From a virus (taxonomy: Duplodnaviria; Caudoviricetes), in the IMG/VR virus record IMGVR_UViG_3300020374_000953, positions 1 to 50,397 of that record: a DNA stretch of 50,397 bases; one strand, written 5' to 3'. This document shows positions 1 to 9,141 of the stretch, piece by piece (positions within the stretch are counted from its first letter, which is position 1; each line of letters starts with the position of its first letter). The translations under genes were made by a program, and so were the position numbers. The notes under the pieces were generated by a model. That model made no database searches. It worked only from the letters and a program-made list of their open reading frames with translations, and had not been told where the DNA came from.

Positions 1-150
1 TGTTTTGCCGCACCTAACATGAAAGCTAGAATGTCTATGAAAAAGACTAGAGCAAGATTGGGTGCAAGAATGGCTAGAAAAGCACGTAGAACAAAACGAA
101 CAAATCCAGCCTCAATTGCATTACGTAGACTTAATAAGAGAGCAAGATGA
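1..150 (+). CDS. Highly basic protein, 5'-truncated; paralog of the next ORF
   Basis: Frame 1 open: CFAAPNMKARMSMKKTRARLGARMARKARRTKRTNPASIALRRLNKRAR*; TGA overlaps the next ATG (ATGA). Confidence 0.75.
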   Translation, partial: CFAAPNMKARMSMKKTRARLGARMARKARRTKRTNPASIALRRLNKRAR

Positions 151-464
151 TTATAGCTGAAGTAATACCAGAAGGAGCAGTACAGGTCTTTGGCCGTAGC
201 AAAGGAAAAGTCGTACGTAAGTATCGCTGTACTAGTGGACAGAAAAAAGGAAGAATTGTTGCTAAACCTACAACATGTTCAGCACCAATTAGAGTTTCAA
301 GTAGAATCGCAATCAAAAAAGCAAAAGCTAGACGTTCACCTTTGATTAAAATAAAATCAAGATACACAAAAAGAATGAGTCCTACAAGTAGAAGGCTTAC
401 TAGGTTAAATACTAGTAGATTAAAACCTACAAGAAGAAAAACATCAAAACGTAAGAGAATGTAA
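147..464 (+). CDS. Highly basic (Arg/Lys-rich) protein, possible DNA-binding virion core protein
   Basis: 105 aa ORF, overlapping start/stop with both neighbours; function inferred from composition only. Confidence 0.75.
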   Translation: MIIAEVIPEGAVQVFGRSKGKVVRKYRCTSGQKKGRIVAKPTTCSAPIRVSSRIAIKKAKARRSPLIKIKSRYTKRMSPTSRRLTRLNTSRLKPTRRKTSKRKRM

Positions 465-964
465 TGAGAATACAAGAGTTTAAAATAGACGAACGACAAA
501 AACTAAAAGAAATGTATCCCCATTTGACAGAAGAACAATTAGATGAAATACTTCCTGCAATAGGAGCCGCGGCTGGCATGGCTGGAAGAGTAGCGGCGAA
601 AGGTGCAATGGCGGCTGGAAGAGTAGGAGCTAAGATGGGTGCGAAGGTAGCCGGACAAGCAGGTAAACTAGCGTCTAAAGGAGTGAAGGCAGGAGGCACA
701 TTGGCATCTAAAGCAGGAAAGGCAGTTGGGCAAGGATTAGCCAAAAAGGCACAAAAGGTTGGTCAAAAAGTAGGAAACATGGCCGCTCAGCAGTTGTTGA
801 AGCCGGGATCTAAACTAACTATTGGTGGTCAAGAGGTAGTTGTGGATAAAACACAAGGAAATGATGTAACAATAGCAGATCCAAAAAATAAAGATGCACC
901 GAAAACAGTGATACAGAAAAAACATCCATTGATCAAACAAGCATTGGATGCCTTGATATCATGA
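464..964 (+). CDS. Ala/Gly/Lys-rich hypothetical, possible internal virion protein
   Basis: 166 aa ORF, TAATG coupling, N-terminal MRIQEF and EEQLDE. Confidence 0.75.
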   Translation: MRIQEFKIDERQKLKEMYPHLTEEQLDEILPAIGAAAGMAGRVAAKGAMAAGRVGAKMGAKVAGQAGKLASKGVKAGGTLASKAGKAVGQGLAKKAQKVGQKVGNMAAQQLLKPGSKLTIGGQEVVVDKTQGNDVTIADPKNKDAPKTVIQKKHPLIKQALDALIS

Positions 965-1164
965 AAATAAACGAATTAATACAAGACTTCCATATACAAA
1001 GAAGCAATGAAGAACAAGAAGTCTTAGACAAATGCACAGAGCTTAAATCATTTGACAGTTTTCCAGAAAGAGAACGTTTCATATTAGAGAACTTGATACG
1101 TAAAGCATTAGTAAGTAAAGTAATGCAAGGTAGAACTGTAATGGTTATAGCTAATGAGTACTGA
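961..1164 (+). CDS. Hypothetical protein
   Basis: 67 aa, ATGA overlap, N-terminal MKINEL. Confidence 0.7.
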   Translation: MKINELIQDFHIQRSNEEQEVLDKCTELKSFDSFPERERFILENLIRKALVSKVMQGRTVMVIANEY

Positions 1165-1582
1165 TAAACATCTTTCACAACAATTAGAAGAAATTATAGA
1201 AGCAGGGCTTATCCGTGTTCCTATTCCTTATCAAAAAGGTAACAGCATTAGAGTAAAAAATCTAATTATAAGAAAACATCATAATGGCTATCGTTTATTT
1301 GATTTACGCACAAACAAGCATATATGCACCACCTTTGCCAAAGCTACTGCACTTGCTATAGCAAAGATGACAGCTGAAAGAACTGAATTTAACCTAAAAA
1401 ACCTGCTTAAACTGGATGATAAAGTTGCAAAATACTATATGGATGCATTATATGCCAAAAGATCTATGAAAACAGGCGAATCTGTGGAAAGAAGAGAGTC
1501 TGCAGAGGTGCAATACGACATTGCTACCCATGAAGCTTGGACCGTATTAGGCAACATAGAAAGATATATATTTGATAAATAA
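1154..1582 (+). CDS. Hypothetical protein
   Basis: 142 aa ORF in a tightly packed operon. Confidence 0.75.
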   Translation: MSTDKHLSQQLEEIIEAGLIRVPIPYQKGNSIRVKNLIIRKHHNGYRLFDLRTNKHICTTFAKATALAIAKMTAERTEFNLKNLLKLDDKVAKYYMDALYAKRSMKTGESVERRESAEVQYDIATHEAWTVLGNIERYIFDK

Positions 1583-1611
1583 AAGTAAGAGTTGTAATAA
1601 AGGAATAGGAC

Positions 1612-2484
1612 ATGTTATTAAAAGAATTTTCTACAAAGGTTTCAACAAAAAAATTAAATGAAAACCTTGCAAAGCAATTTGGTACAAAGATTGATGTATC
1701 TAAGTTCACTACAGAACAATTAGAAGATGCACGTAACAAAATAAGAACAAAACTTTCTCAGATCGAAACAAATGAAAGTTTTGAAGCTGTACACTCTAGT
1801 GATGATTATCACAAAAATAAATTATTCCTTGATATTCTTAATACTGCTATTGCTGAGCGTGAAGAAAATGATAAAGAAAAAGACAAAGACGAAAAAATGG
1901 TAGTTACAAAAGCTGACAAGCAGTCAAACACAAAAGCATATCAAAACTACAAAAAGGGCGATAAAAGATATAAGGCCGCAGACGATCTAAACGAAGGTGC
2001 TGAGGAGCAATCAGCATTAGTCATGGCATCAAAAGACATGGTAGACAGAGTCACAGGCTGGATGGAAGATACAGCAGAAATGCAAACAGAATCTATGCTA
2101 GAAATAGGCGACAAGATTAGAGATGAAATGGGTGTTGACAAGTCGGAAGAATTTATCGGTACTGTTAAACCAGCACTCGAAAGTTTATTCACGTCATTGG
2201 AAAGCACCAGAGACTCCCTAACAAGTGGCGTAGCCATTTTGACAGGAGAAGGCGCACCAGCTACAATGGGCGATGAAGTTCCTGGAGATGATGCAGAAAT
2301 GGACATGGAGCCAACTGTAGACGATGAAGAAGGAATGGAAACAGATGACCCAGAAGGCGATGAGTTTGCAACGGCAGATGCTTCAGCAGGAGGCGAAGAA
2401 CCGGCAGACAGGGCCAAACGCGAAAGCGTTGAATTAAGCAAAAGATTAGGCTTGCTACTAGCAAGTTCAAAAAAAAAGGCTTAA
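1612..2484 (+). CDS. Acidic coiled-coil protein, possible prohead core/scaffold-like
   Basis: 290 aa; TAAATA at 1576 and AGGA RBS upstream; acidic C-terminal half; ends in slippery A9G. Confidence 0.8.
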   Translation: MLLKEFSTKVSTKKLNENLAKQFGTKIDVSKFTTEQLEDARNKIRTKLSQIETNESFEAVHSSDDYHKNKLFLDILNTAIAEREENDKEKDKDEKMVVTKADKQSNTKAYQNYKKGDKRYKAADDLNEGAEEQSALVMASKDMVDRVTGWMEDTAEMQTESMLEIGDKIRDEMGVDKSEEFIGTVKPALESLFTSLESTRDSLTSGVAILTGEGAPATMGDEVPGDDAEMDMEPTVDDEEGMETDDPEGDEFATADASAGGEEPADRAKRESVELSKRLGLLLASSKKKA

Positions 2485-2801
2485 GAGTATCTGAAGCTAA
2501 TAGCACTATCACTAATACACAAGATAATCTTTCACAGATTTTACATTTAAAACTACAGCAAGGCGCAACAAGATTAAGTTGGGCAGACCTCAACAGCTTC
2601 CTAAACAACGTAGGCAGTGAACATTTTGATCAAGAAAGTTTTGTAAAGGCATACAACTCCGATTCAAGAATAAAAGATCTTGTCGACAGTTTCGATGAAA
2701 ATGGTGTAGTTCTAAAAGGTGGTGCCGAACCACAGAGTGAACCAGAAGACGATACTGTCGACAAAATGGCTTCAAGAGCCGCCCAATCCACACTATCATA
2801 A
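2478..2801 (+). CDS. Start-less -1 frame extension (107 aa) of the 1612 ORF, probably reached by frameshift
   Basis: Frame open 2433-2801 with no ATG/GTG/TTG until the last ~11 codons; A-run 2469-2477 followed by G gives A_AAA_AAG; reads GLRVSEANSTITNTQDNLSQILHLK...DKMASRAAQSTLS*. Confidence 0.65.
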   Translation, partial: GLRVSEANSTITNTQDNLSQILHLKLQQGATRLSWADLNSFLNNVGSEHFDQESFVKAYNSDSRIKDLVDSFDENGVVLKGGAEPQSEPEDDTVDKMASRAAQSTLS

Positions 2802-2806
2802 TCCGG

Positions 2807-2835
2807 TTGACAAACTATTATTTTTAATATATAAT
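2807..2835 (+). promoter_or_regulatory. Sigma70-type promoter
   Basis: TTGACA-17 nt-TATAAT, perfect consensus, upstream of nfuA-like gene. Confidence 0.85.
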
Positions 2836-2853
2836 AGCAGTTGGAGAAATATT

Positions 2854-3213
2854 ATGGCCATAGCAGAAGATAGAACAGATGAAGAAATCATTGCTCAAAT
2901 TAAAAAAATATTAGAAGATTACGTCAAACCAGCAGTAGACAGTCACGGTGGAGTAATTGACTTTGTCAGTTACAAAGACGGACACTTACAACTTATTTTG
3001 GGAGGTGCATGTAGCGGATGTGCAAGTAGCACAATCACTCTTAAAATGGGTGTGGAGAATATGGTAAAACACTATGTTCCTGAAGTACATACTATATCAG
3101 CAGAAGACGATCCAAACTCTACAGTAGATCCATACTATAGAATGGATCCGTTTATGGAAAACTTTGATCAGTATGAAAGTTGGAATTCAGATGAGCCTAC
3201 TAAGAAAGAATAA
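2854..3213 (+). CDS. nfuA: NifU C-terminal/NfuA-type Fe-S cluster carrier
   Basis: VKPAVDSHGG...LGGACSGCASSTITLKMGVE (CxxC Nfu motif); start chosen at ATG after GGAG. Confidence 0.85.
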   Translation: MAIAEDRTDEEIIAQIKKILEDYVKPAVDSHGGVIDFVSYKDGHLQLILGGACSGCASSTITLKMGVENMVKHYVPEVHTISAEDDPNSTVDPYYRMDPFMENFDQYESWNSDEPTKKE

Positions 3214-3790
3214 TGATATTGAGTTCTATGCAGTTCCCAATCAACATTGGGTAATTTCTGCTGAATATCCTTTTTACAAAGACTTAGAAAAATTATTTGA
3301 CTTTACTAATGAAGATATAAGTAAAGGTTCATGCACAGTACAAGGATTGCAAAAGCCTATTCTTAATACCGAATGGGAAAAGGAACGTGAAGAATACAAG
3401 AAATGGTTTCTTTCTATATTCAAACAAATGGATGTACCAATAACAAAAATACATGATAGGCAAGAAGAACCTGAACACAAGGCATGGACAATAAATTACT
3501 TTCCAGGAGGTTGGCAGGCAGGTCATTTTCATTCAACTAACAAGGTAAACCAAGGCAATAAGAGATTTGCTTCAAGTGTTATATTTTTCGACGAGCTCAA
3601 ACCTACGAAAAGAAATCCTTTCAACGGTTGTTTGTATACAGTAATGCAAGATCCTAGCGGATACTCTTATGATCATAAGTTTCATCCTAGTCCTGGAAAA
3701 GTAGTAGTTATGGATGATAGAGTATGGCATGGTGCGTATCCTTGTGAAGATAATCGTAGATGTTTAGTGTGGGATTTTGATATTGAATGA
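3191..3790 (+). CDS. Putative 2OG-Fe(II) oxygenase
   Basis: GHFH, VWHGAYP and RRCLVWDF resemble double-stranded beta-helix oxygenase motifs. Confidence 0.65.
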   Translation: MSLLRKNNDIEFYAVPNQHWVISAEYPFYKDLEKLFDFTNEDISKGSCTVQGLQKPILNTEWEKEREEYKKWFLSIFKQMDVPITKIHDRQEEPEHKAWTINYFPGGWQAGHFHSTNKVNQGNKRFASSVIFFDELKPTKRNPFNGCLYTVMQDPSGYSYDHKFHPSPGKVVVMDDRVWHGAYPCEDNRRCLVWDFDIE

Positions 3791-4032
3791 AAATTAGATA
3801 CTACAAAGAACTATCGGGATTAAGATGGATTGGATTTGCTCTTGCTATGATAGGAGCATTTATTTTATCAAACGCCAACGTAGATACACAATGGATGGGC
3901 TGGGCAATAGCAACAATGTCTTGTTCGATTTGGGTGTATATGGGTTTAAGAGATGGAGACATTCCAAGAGCATTAATGGAATTTTGTTATCTCTGTCTAG
4001 CTCTCCGAGCAATTTATAATTGGGTATTATAA
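3787..4032 (+). CDS. Small membrane protein (about 3 TM)
   Basis: 81 aa, three hydrophobic segments, ATGA and TAATG coupling. Confidence 0.7.
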   Translation: MKIRYYKELSGLRWIGFALAMIGAFILSNANVDTQWMGWAIATMSCSIWVYMGLRDGDIPRALMEFCYLCLALRAIYNWVL

Positions 4033-4718
4033 TGACATTAATTACAAACAAATACGACTATAAAGAAATAAAAAAAGCAAGTGTAGAAGGTAGAAGATTG
4101 TATGCTTGTCCAGACGGAAATGCCGTAGCAAGTGTTACAACTATCCTAGATGCTACAAAAGATAAAACACATTTAATTGCTTGGCGAAAACGTGTTGGAG
4201 AAACAAAAGCAAAAGAAATAACAACTGAAGCCGCTGGTGTTGGTACTCGTATGCACAAATACTTAGAAGATTACATAGAGTCTTGGCCTGCTTGGCCACA
4301 ACCAGGAAGTAATCCTTATGCACAACAGGCTCATAAAATGGCATCTACTATACGTGAAAACGTATTAGAGAGTCATGTAACTGAGATATGGGGTAGTGAA
4401 GTGCAATTATACCATCCTAAAATTTATGCAGGCACTACAGATTTAGTTGGCACATACGACAATAAACCTGCTATAATGGACTTCAAACAAACTAATAAAC
4501 CTAAAAAGAAAGAATGGGTCGAAGACTATTATTTGCAATTAGTGGCCTATGCATTAGCCCACAATGAACTATACGGCACAGATATTAAAGAAGGACATGT
4601 GTTCATGTGTTCTAGAGACCTACAATACCAACAATTTGATTTACTACCAGAAGAATTTAAACATTGGGAGTCAAAATGGTGGGATAGGGTATACCAATAC
4701 TACGACAAGTTCGCATAA
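4032..4718 (+). CDS. PD-(D/E)XK family exonuclease
   Basis: SVTTIL, GTRMHKYLE, YAGTTDL...IMDFKQT, YYLQLVAYA motifs. Confidence 0.85.
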   Translation: MTLITNKYDYKEIKKASVEGRRLYACPDGNAVASVTTILDATKDKTHLIAWRKRVGETKAKEITTEAAGVGTRMHKYLEDYIESWPAWPQPGSNPYAQQAHKMASTIRENVLESHVTEIWGSEVQLYHPKIYAGTTDLVGTYDNKPAIMDFKQTNKPKKKEWVEDYYLQLVAYALAHNELYGTDIKEGHVFMCSRDLQYQQFDLLPEEFKHWESKWWDRVYQYYDKFA

Positions 4719-4744
4719 ATATAATATAATTAAGGAGTTTAACA

Positions 4745-6364
4745 GTGGCAGTCGTACAGATATCCAGAATTCAAATTAGAAGAGGGCAAAAGAATCAAGG
4801 TTCTGGTGTTCCTCAATTAGCAGGTGGTGAGCTAGGTTGGGCCGTAGATGCAAGAGAACTATACATAGGAAATGGTTCTGTGGCCGAAGGCGCACCAGCA
4901 GTTGGAAACACAAAGATTATTACACAGCATGACGATTTGTTTACTCTTGCAGATTCATACATATATTTAGGCGGGACAACTGTACAAACAGGAACTTCTG
5001 CAACTGCTCCTATCAAAAGAACACTACAAAAACGTTTAGATGAAATTGTTAGTATTAAATCTTTTGGCGCAGAAGGTGATGGCACTGATCAAACTGTTGC
5101 TATACAAAGAGCAATAGATCAACTATACATCAATAGTTCTACCAAAGGCACAGAAGCAAGTAGAGTAACACTACATTTTCCTGCAGGTGTATATCAGATT
5201 ACGTCAACAATTAAAATTCCACCATATGCATCTATCGTAGGTGATGGTATGGACAAAACAAAATTCAACATGACAAATAGTGCCACTGCATTTGAAACTG
5301 TTAATAGTAGTTCAACTCCAGGCAACTATGCAAATGACAGTACAAGCACAACACTTAATCAAGCAACTAATATTACATTAGAAGGATTTACATTAGCTAC
5401 AATGTCTACAACAAATCCTGCAATGATTTTACAGAGTTGCAAGACAAGTAATTTTAAGGAAATAAAAATTACAGGTCCTTGGACCACAGGAACTGCTATC
5501 ACTACTACCAATGCCGCTATTAAGATGGGCTCTTTAAGTAGTTTAGTATGCACACAAAAAAACAAATTTGATCACGTAAGTATAAACGGTTTTAGTACTG
5601 CCATTGCTAGTGACGATGACGTGTACAATAATCATTTCCATTGTTCTTATTTCACAGGAAACGGATATGGTGTACAGTTCGGACAGAATACAGTTCTAGG
5701 TTCTCAGGGACAAGCCACAGGACCTTGTAAAAATAAATTTAGCCAATGCCAATTTTCAGATATTGATAAAGAAGGTATTGCAATAGCAAAAGGCACACAA
5801 AACTATAGTTCACATAATAATTTTGAAGGCGTAGGAAATGTAGGCGGCAATGAAGGAAATGCACAATTTAGTGTTTTAGATTTCACAGCCGCAGGAAATA
5901 GTTCGGTTGAAGATACATTTGCAAGAACATCAGACTTATCAAATAATCAAACCTATATCACAACTTATCCTTACGTATCAGAAATCAAAGGCAAAGTAAA
6001 TGCTACCTTAGGTGGATTCATGTCACTGGAAGTTACAGAACAGTCATCCGCCACATACTTTTTTAGATTACCAGGCGATTATTCTAGGACTTATGAAGTT
6101 GAATATTTTTACAATAGTGGTATAGTAAATGCCCAAAGAAGCGGAAAGATGACTTTCCAATTGGACACAGGTAACAACACCTTAAATTTTATTGATGATC
6201 ACGATTATCAAGGAGACAGCAACTATGAAACCAATCTCCAATTTACAGCCTCTATGGTAAACACAAATGGACAAGTAGGGGTTGACACAATCATAGTTTC
6301 TATGTTAAACTCTACAGTAAATGATACAGGAAGTTTCAACTACAAAATAAAAGTTTTAGGTTAA
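4745..6364 (+). CDS. Virion structural protein with pectate-lyase-like beta-helix (tail/tailspike-associated)
   Basis: GTG start after AAGGAG and TAAATA; ISRIQIRRG...LAGGELGW N-terminus; SIKSFGAEGDGTD...AIQRAID...LHFPAGVY. Confidence 0.75.
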   Translation: MAVVQISRIQIRRGQKNQGSGVPQLAGGELGWAVDARELYIGNGSVAEGAPAVGNTKIITQHDDLFTLADSYIYLGGTTVQTGTSATAPIKRTLQKRLDEIVSIKSFGAEGDGTDQTVAIQRAIDQLYINSSTKGTEASRVTLHFPAGVYQITSTIKIPPYASIVGDGMDKTKFNMTNSATAFETVNSSSTPGNYANDSTSTTLNQATNITLEGFTLATMSTTNPAMILQSCKTSNFKEIKITGPWTTGTAITTTNAAIKMGSLSSLVCTQKNKFDHVSINGFSTAIASDDDVYNNHFHCSYFTGNGYGVQFGQNTVLGSQGQATGPCKNKFSQCQFSDIDKEGIAIAKGTQNYSSHNNFEGVGNVGGNEGNAQFSVLDFTAAGNSSVEDTFARTSDLSNNQTYITTYPYVSEIKGKVNATLGGFMSLEVTEQSSATYFFRLPGDYSRTYEVEYFYNSGIVNAQRSGKMTFQLDTGNNTLNFIDDHDYQGDSNYETNLQFTASMVNTNGQVGVDTIIVSMLNSTVNDTGSFNYKIKVLG

Positions 6365-6789
6365 TGTTTGAATTAAAGTTTGAAGATAAAGTTAAAGTCT
6401 GGAAAAATTTACGCGAAAAATTAGAAACGCACCCCAGACCTTTCGAGGCTGTGCTTCACTTTGTTAACAAGTTACCCAGATCTTCCAGTAAAACTAATGC
6501 ATGGGATCCTAAGGCAAAAATAGAACCTTGGCATCTTATTGAAAAGGACGCATTTACTGAGTATGAAATTGCACAACTTACGGCATATACTTTACAGTTA
6601 ACCGATAGGTTTAGTTCATCTAAAATCGAGATACATATCAGTAAGGAAACAAAGAAAAGTATTTTATTATATTTGGTGTATGTGGATAACTTTATTGTGA
6701 TTGGTTACAATAACGGTGTTATGACTGTTGAAGAACTGCCTGGTTCTATTGTATCACAAAAGATTTACAAAATGCCATTGCTCAACTAA
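6364..6789 (+). CDS. Hypothetical protein
   Basis: 141 aa, TAATG coupling. Confidence 0.7.
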   Translation: MFELKFEDKVKVWKNLREKLETHPRPFEAVLHFVNKLPRSSSKTNAWDPKAKIEPWHLIEKDAFTEYEIAQLTAYTLQLTDRFSSSKIEIHISKETKKSILLYLVYVDNFIVIGYNNGVMTVEELPGSIVSQKIYKMPLLN

Positions 6790-6817
6790 ATATTTTTTAT
6801 TACAAAGGGAAAGAAGT

Positions 6818-9127
6818 ATGAAGACAGATCTCAATATTACCAAAAGAACAGGACATAGTGTACCATTAGATATTCAAAAAATACATAAGGTAGTAGGTTT
6901 TGCCTGTGAAGGGTTATCAGGAGTATCAAGTAGTTTAGTGCAAATGAATGCAGGAATACAGTTTGCAGACGGAATAACATCAAGAGAAATACAAGACTTG
7001 TTAGTAAGATCAGCTAACGATCTAATTTCATTAGACAATCCAAACTATCAATATGTAGCGGCAAGACTATTGCTTTACGGAATCTATAAAGATGTATACG
7101 GAGGATTTGATAAAACTCCTTTAATAGAAATGATTAAGAAAAACATAGAAAGAAAAGTTTATGATTCAGCTATTCTTGAATCATATACAGAAGAAGAATT
7201 TGATAAGATGGAAAAGTATCTCAAACACAATAGAGATGAGAACTTTACCTATGCAGGATTAAGACAAATAGTAGACAAGTATCTTTGCCAAGACAGAAGT
7301 TCTGGTGAAATATATGAATCTCCACAACACATGTATATGATGATTGCGGCAACACTTTTTGCAAATTATCCTAAAGAGGATAGGTTACATTACATAAGGA
7401 GATATTATGACGCGACCTCACTTTTTAAAATTAATATCCCAACGCCAGTCATGGCCGGTGTCAGAACGCCTATTAGACAGTTTGCTTCGTGTGTCCTTGT
7501 TGACAGTGACGATACCCTTGATAGTATCTTCGCAAGTGATATGTCAATTGGTAGATACACGGCGCAGAGAGCAGGCATTGGCATCAACGCAGGAAGAATC
7601 AGAGGAATCAATTCAAAGATAAGGGGTGGTGAAGTAGCACATACAGGAGTAGTCCCGTTCCTTAAAAAGTTTGAAGCTACTGTTAGATGTTGTACACAAA
7701 ATGGTGTTCGTGGAGGAAGTGCTACAACTCATTTTCCTTTTTGGCATCAAGAAATTGAAGACATCTTAGTACTAAAAAATAACAAAGGTACCGAAGATAA
7801 TAGAGTACGTAAGTTAGACTATTCAATCCAATTAAACAAACTTATGTATGAAAGATTATTGACTCAAGGAGAAATTACTCTTTTTTCACCACATAGGGTT
7901 CCAGGTTTATATGAAGCATTTTTCAATGATCAAGAAAAGTTTAAAGAGCTTTATGAGAAATATGAAAAAGATAAAACTATAAAGAAAAAAACTTTACCAG
8001 CTATGCAATTATTTTCTGCCCTGATAAAGGAACGTGCAGAAACAGGACGTATATACATTATGAACGTAGACCATGCAAATACTCATAGTTCATTTAAAGA
8101 TACTGTTTACATGAGTAACTTGTGTCAAGAAATTACATTACCAACAAAACCTTTGCAACACATTGATGATCCAGAAGGTGAAATTGCACTTTGTATATTG
8201 TCTGCTATTAATGTAGGAACAATCAAAAGTTTAGACGACCTTGAAGAACTTTGTGAATTAGCAGTAAGAGCCTTAGATGAAATAATAGATTATCAAAAGT
8301 ATCCTATCAAGGCGGCTGAGATAAGCACAAAAGCTAGACGTTCGTTAGGAGTAGGCTATATAGGTTTAGCACATTATCTAGCAAAGAATGGTTGTAAATA
8401 TTCAGATAAAAAAGCACTAACAAAAGTGCATGAACTTACTGAAGCATTTCAATATTATCTATTGACAGCCAGTAACAAATTAGCACAGGAAAAAGGTAAA
8501 TGTGATTACTATGATCGCACTAAATATAGTGATGGCATACTGCCTATTGATACATACAAAAAAGAATTAGATGAAATATGTTCTATAACATTAAAATATG
8601 ATTGGGATAATCTTAGGAAAGACATTAGGCTTCACGGTCTTAGGCACAGCACATTGTCCGCACAGATGCCTTCGGAGAGCAGTTCCGTTGTGTCGAATGC
8701 CACAAACGGAATTGAGCCACCTAGAGGATTCTTGTCCGTTAAGAAGTCCAAAAAAGGGCCTCTTAAGCAGATTGTTCCGCAGTATCAAACATTAAAAGAT
8801 AACTATACTCTACTATGGGATATGCCTAGTAACGATGGTTATATTAATATAGTGGCTGTGATGCAAAAGTTTTTTGATCAAGCCATTAGTGGTAATTGGT
8901 CTTACAATCCAACACACTTTGAGAACAACGAGGTACCAATGAGTGTAATGATAAAAGACTTGTTAAACACATATAAGTATGGATGGAAAACTTCATACTA
9001 TCAAAATACATATGATTACAAGACAGATGGTGATGTAGTAGAAGAAGCACCACAAAAGGTAGAGGCTTTACAAGACAATGAACTTCGTGTTGATAACGAA
9101 GAAGATTGTGAAGCCTGCACAATTTAG
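6818..9127 (+). CDS. nrdA: Ribonucleoside-diphosphate reductase class Ia alpha subunit
   Basis: N-terminal ATP cone (ITKRTG), PTPVMAG, QFASCVL, SNLCQEI, C-terminal CEACTI. Confidence 0.97.
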   Translation: MKTDLNITKRTGHSVPLDIQKIHKVVGFACEGLSGVSSSLVQMNAGIQFADGITSREIQDLLVRSANDLISLDNPNYQYVAARLLLYGIYKDVYGGFDKTPLIEMIKKNIERKVYDSAILESYTEEEFDKMEKYLKHNRDENFTYAGLRQIVDKYLCQDRSSGEIYESPQHMYMMIAATLFANYPKEDRLHYIRRYYDATSLFKINIPTPVMAGVRTPIRQFASCVLVDSDDTLDSIFASDMSIGRYTAQRAGIGINAGRIRGINSKIRGGEVAHTGVVPFLKKFEATVRCCTQNGVRGGSATTHFPFWHQEIEDILVLKNNKGTEDNRVRKLDYSIQLNKLMYERLLTQGEITLFSPHRVPGLYEAFFNDQEKFKELYEKYEKDKTIKKKTLPAMQLFSALIKERAETGRIYIMNVDHANTHSSFKDTVYMSNLCQEITLPTKPLQHIDDPEGEIALCILSAINVGTIKSLDDLEELCELAVRALDEIIDYQKYPIKAAEISTKARRSLGVGYIGLAHYLAKNGCKYSDKKALTKVHELTEAFQYYLLTASNKLAQEKGKCDYYDRTKYSDGILPIDTYKKELDEICSITLKYDWDNLRKDIRLHGLRHSTLSAQMPSESSSVVSNATNGIEPPRGFLSVKKSKKGPLKQIVPQYQTLKDNYTLLWDMPSNDGYINIVAVMQKFFDQAISGNWSYNPTHFENNEVPMSVMIKDLLNTYKYGWKTSYYQNTYDYKTDGDVVEEAPQKVEALQDNELRVDNEEDCEACTI

Positions 9128-9141
9128 GAGAAGGAAGAGAA

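Noticed and set aside
131-2799. Minus-strand ORFs opposite the first operon, and similar shadow ORFs throughout the track
   Set aside because: They are antisense to coupled + strand genes, lack RBSs and reflect codon bias
2719-2853. Long N-terminus of the NfuA ORF as given in the track
   Set aside because: It spans a consensus promoter; GGAG-ATG at 2854 is the better start
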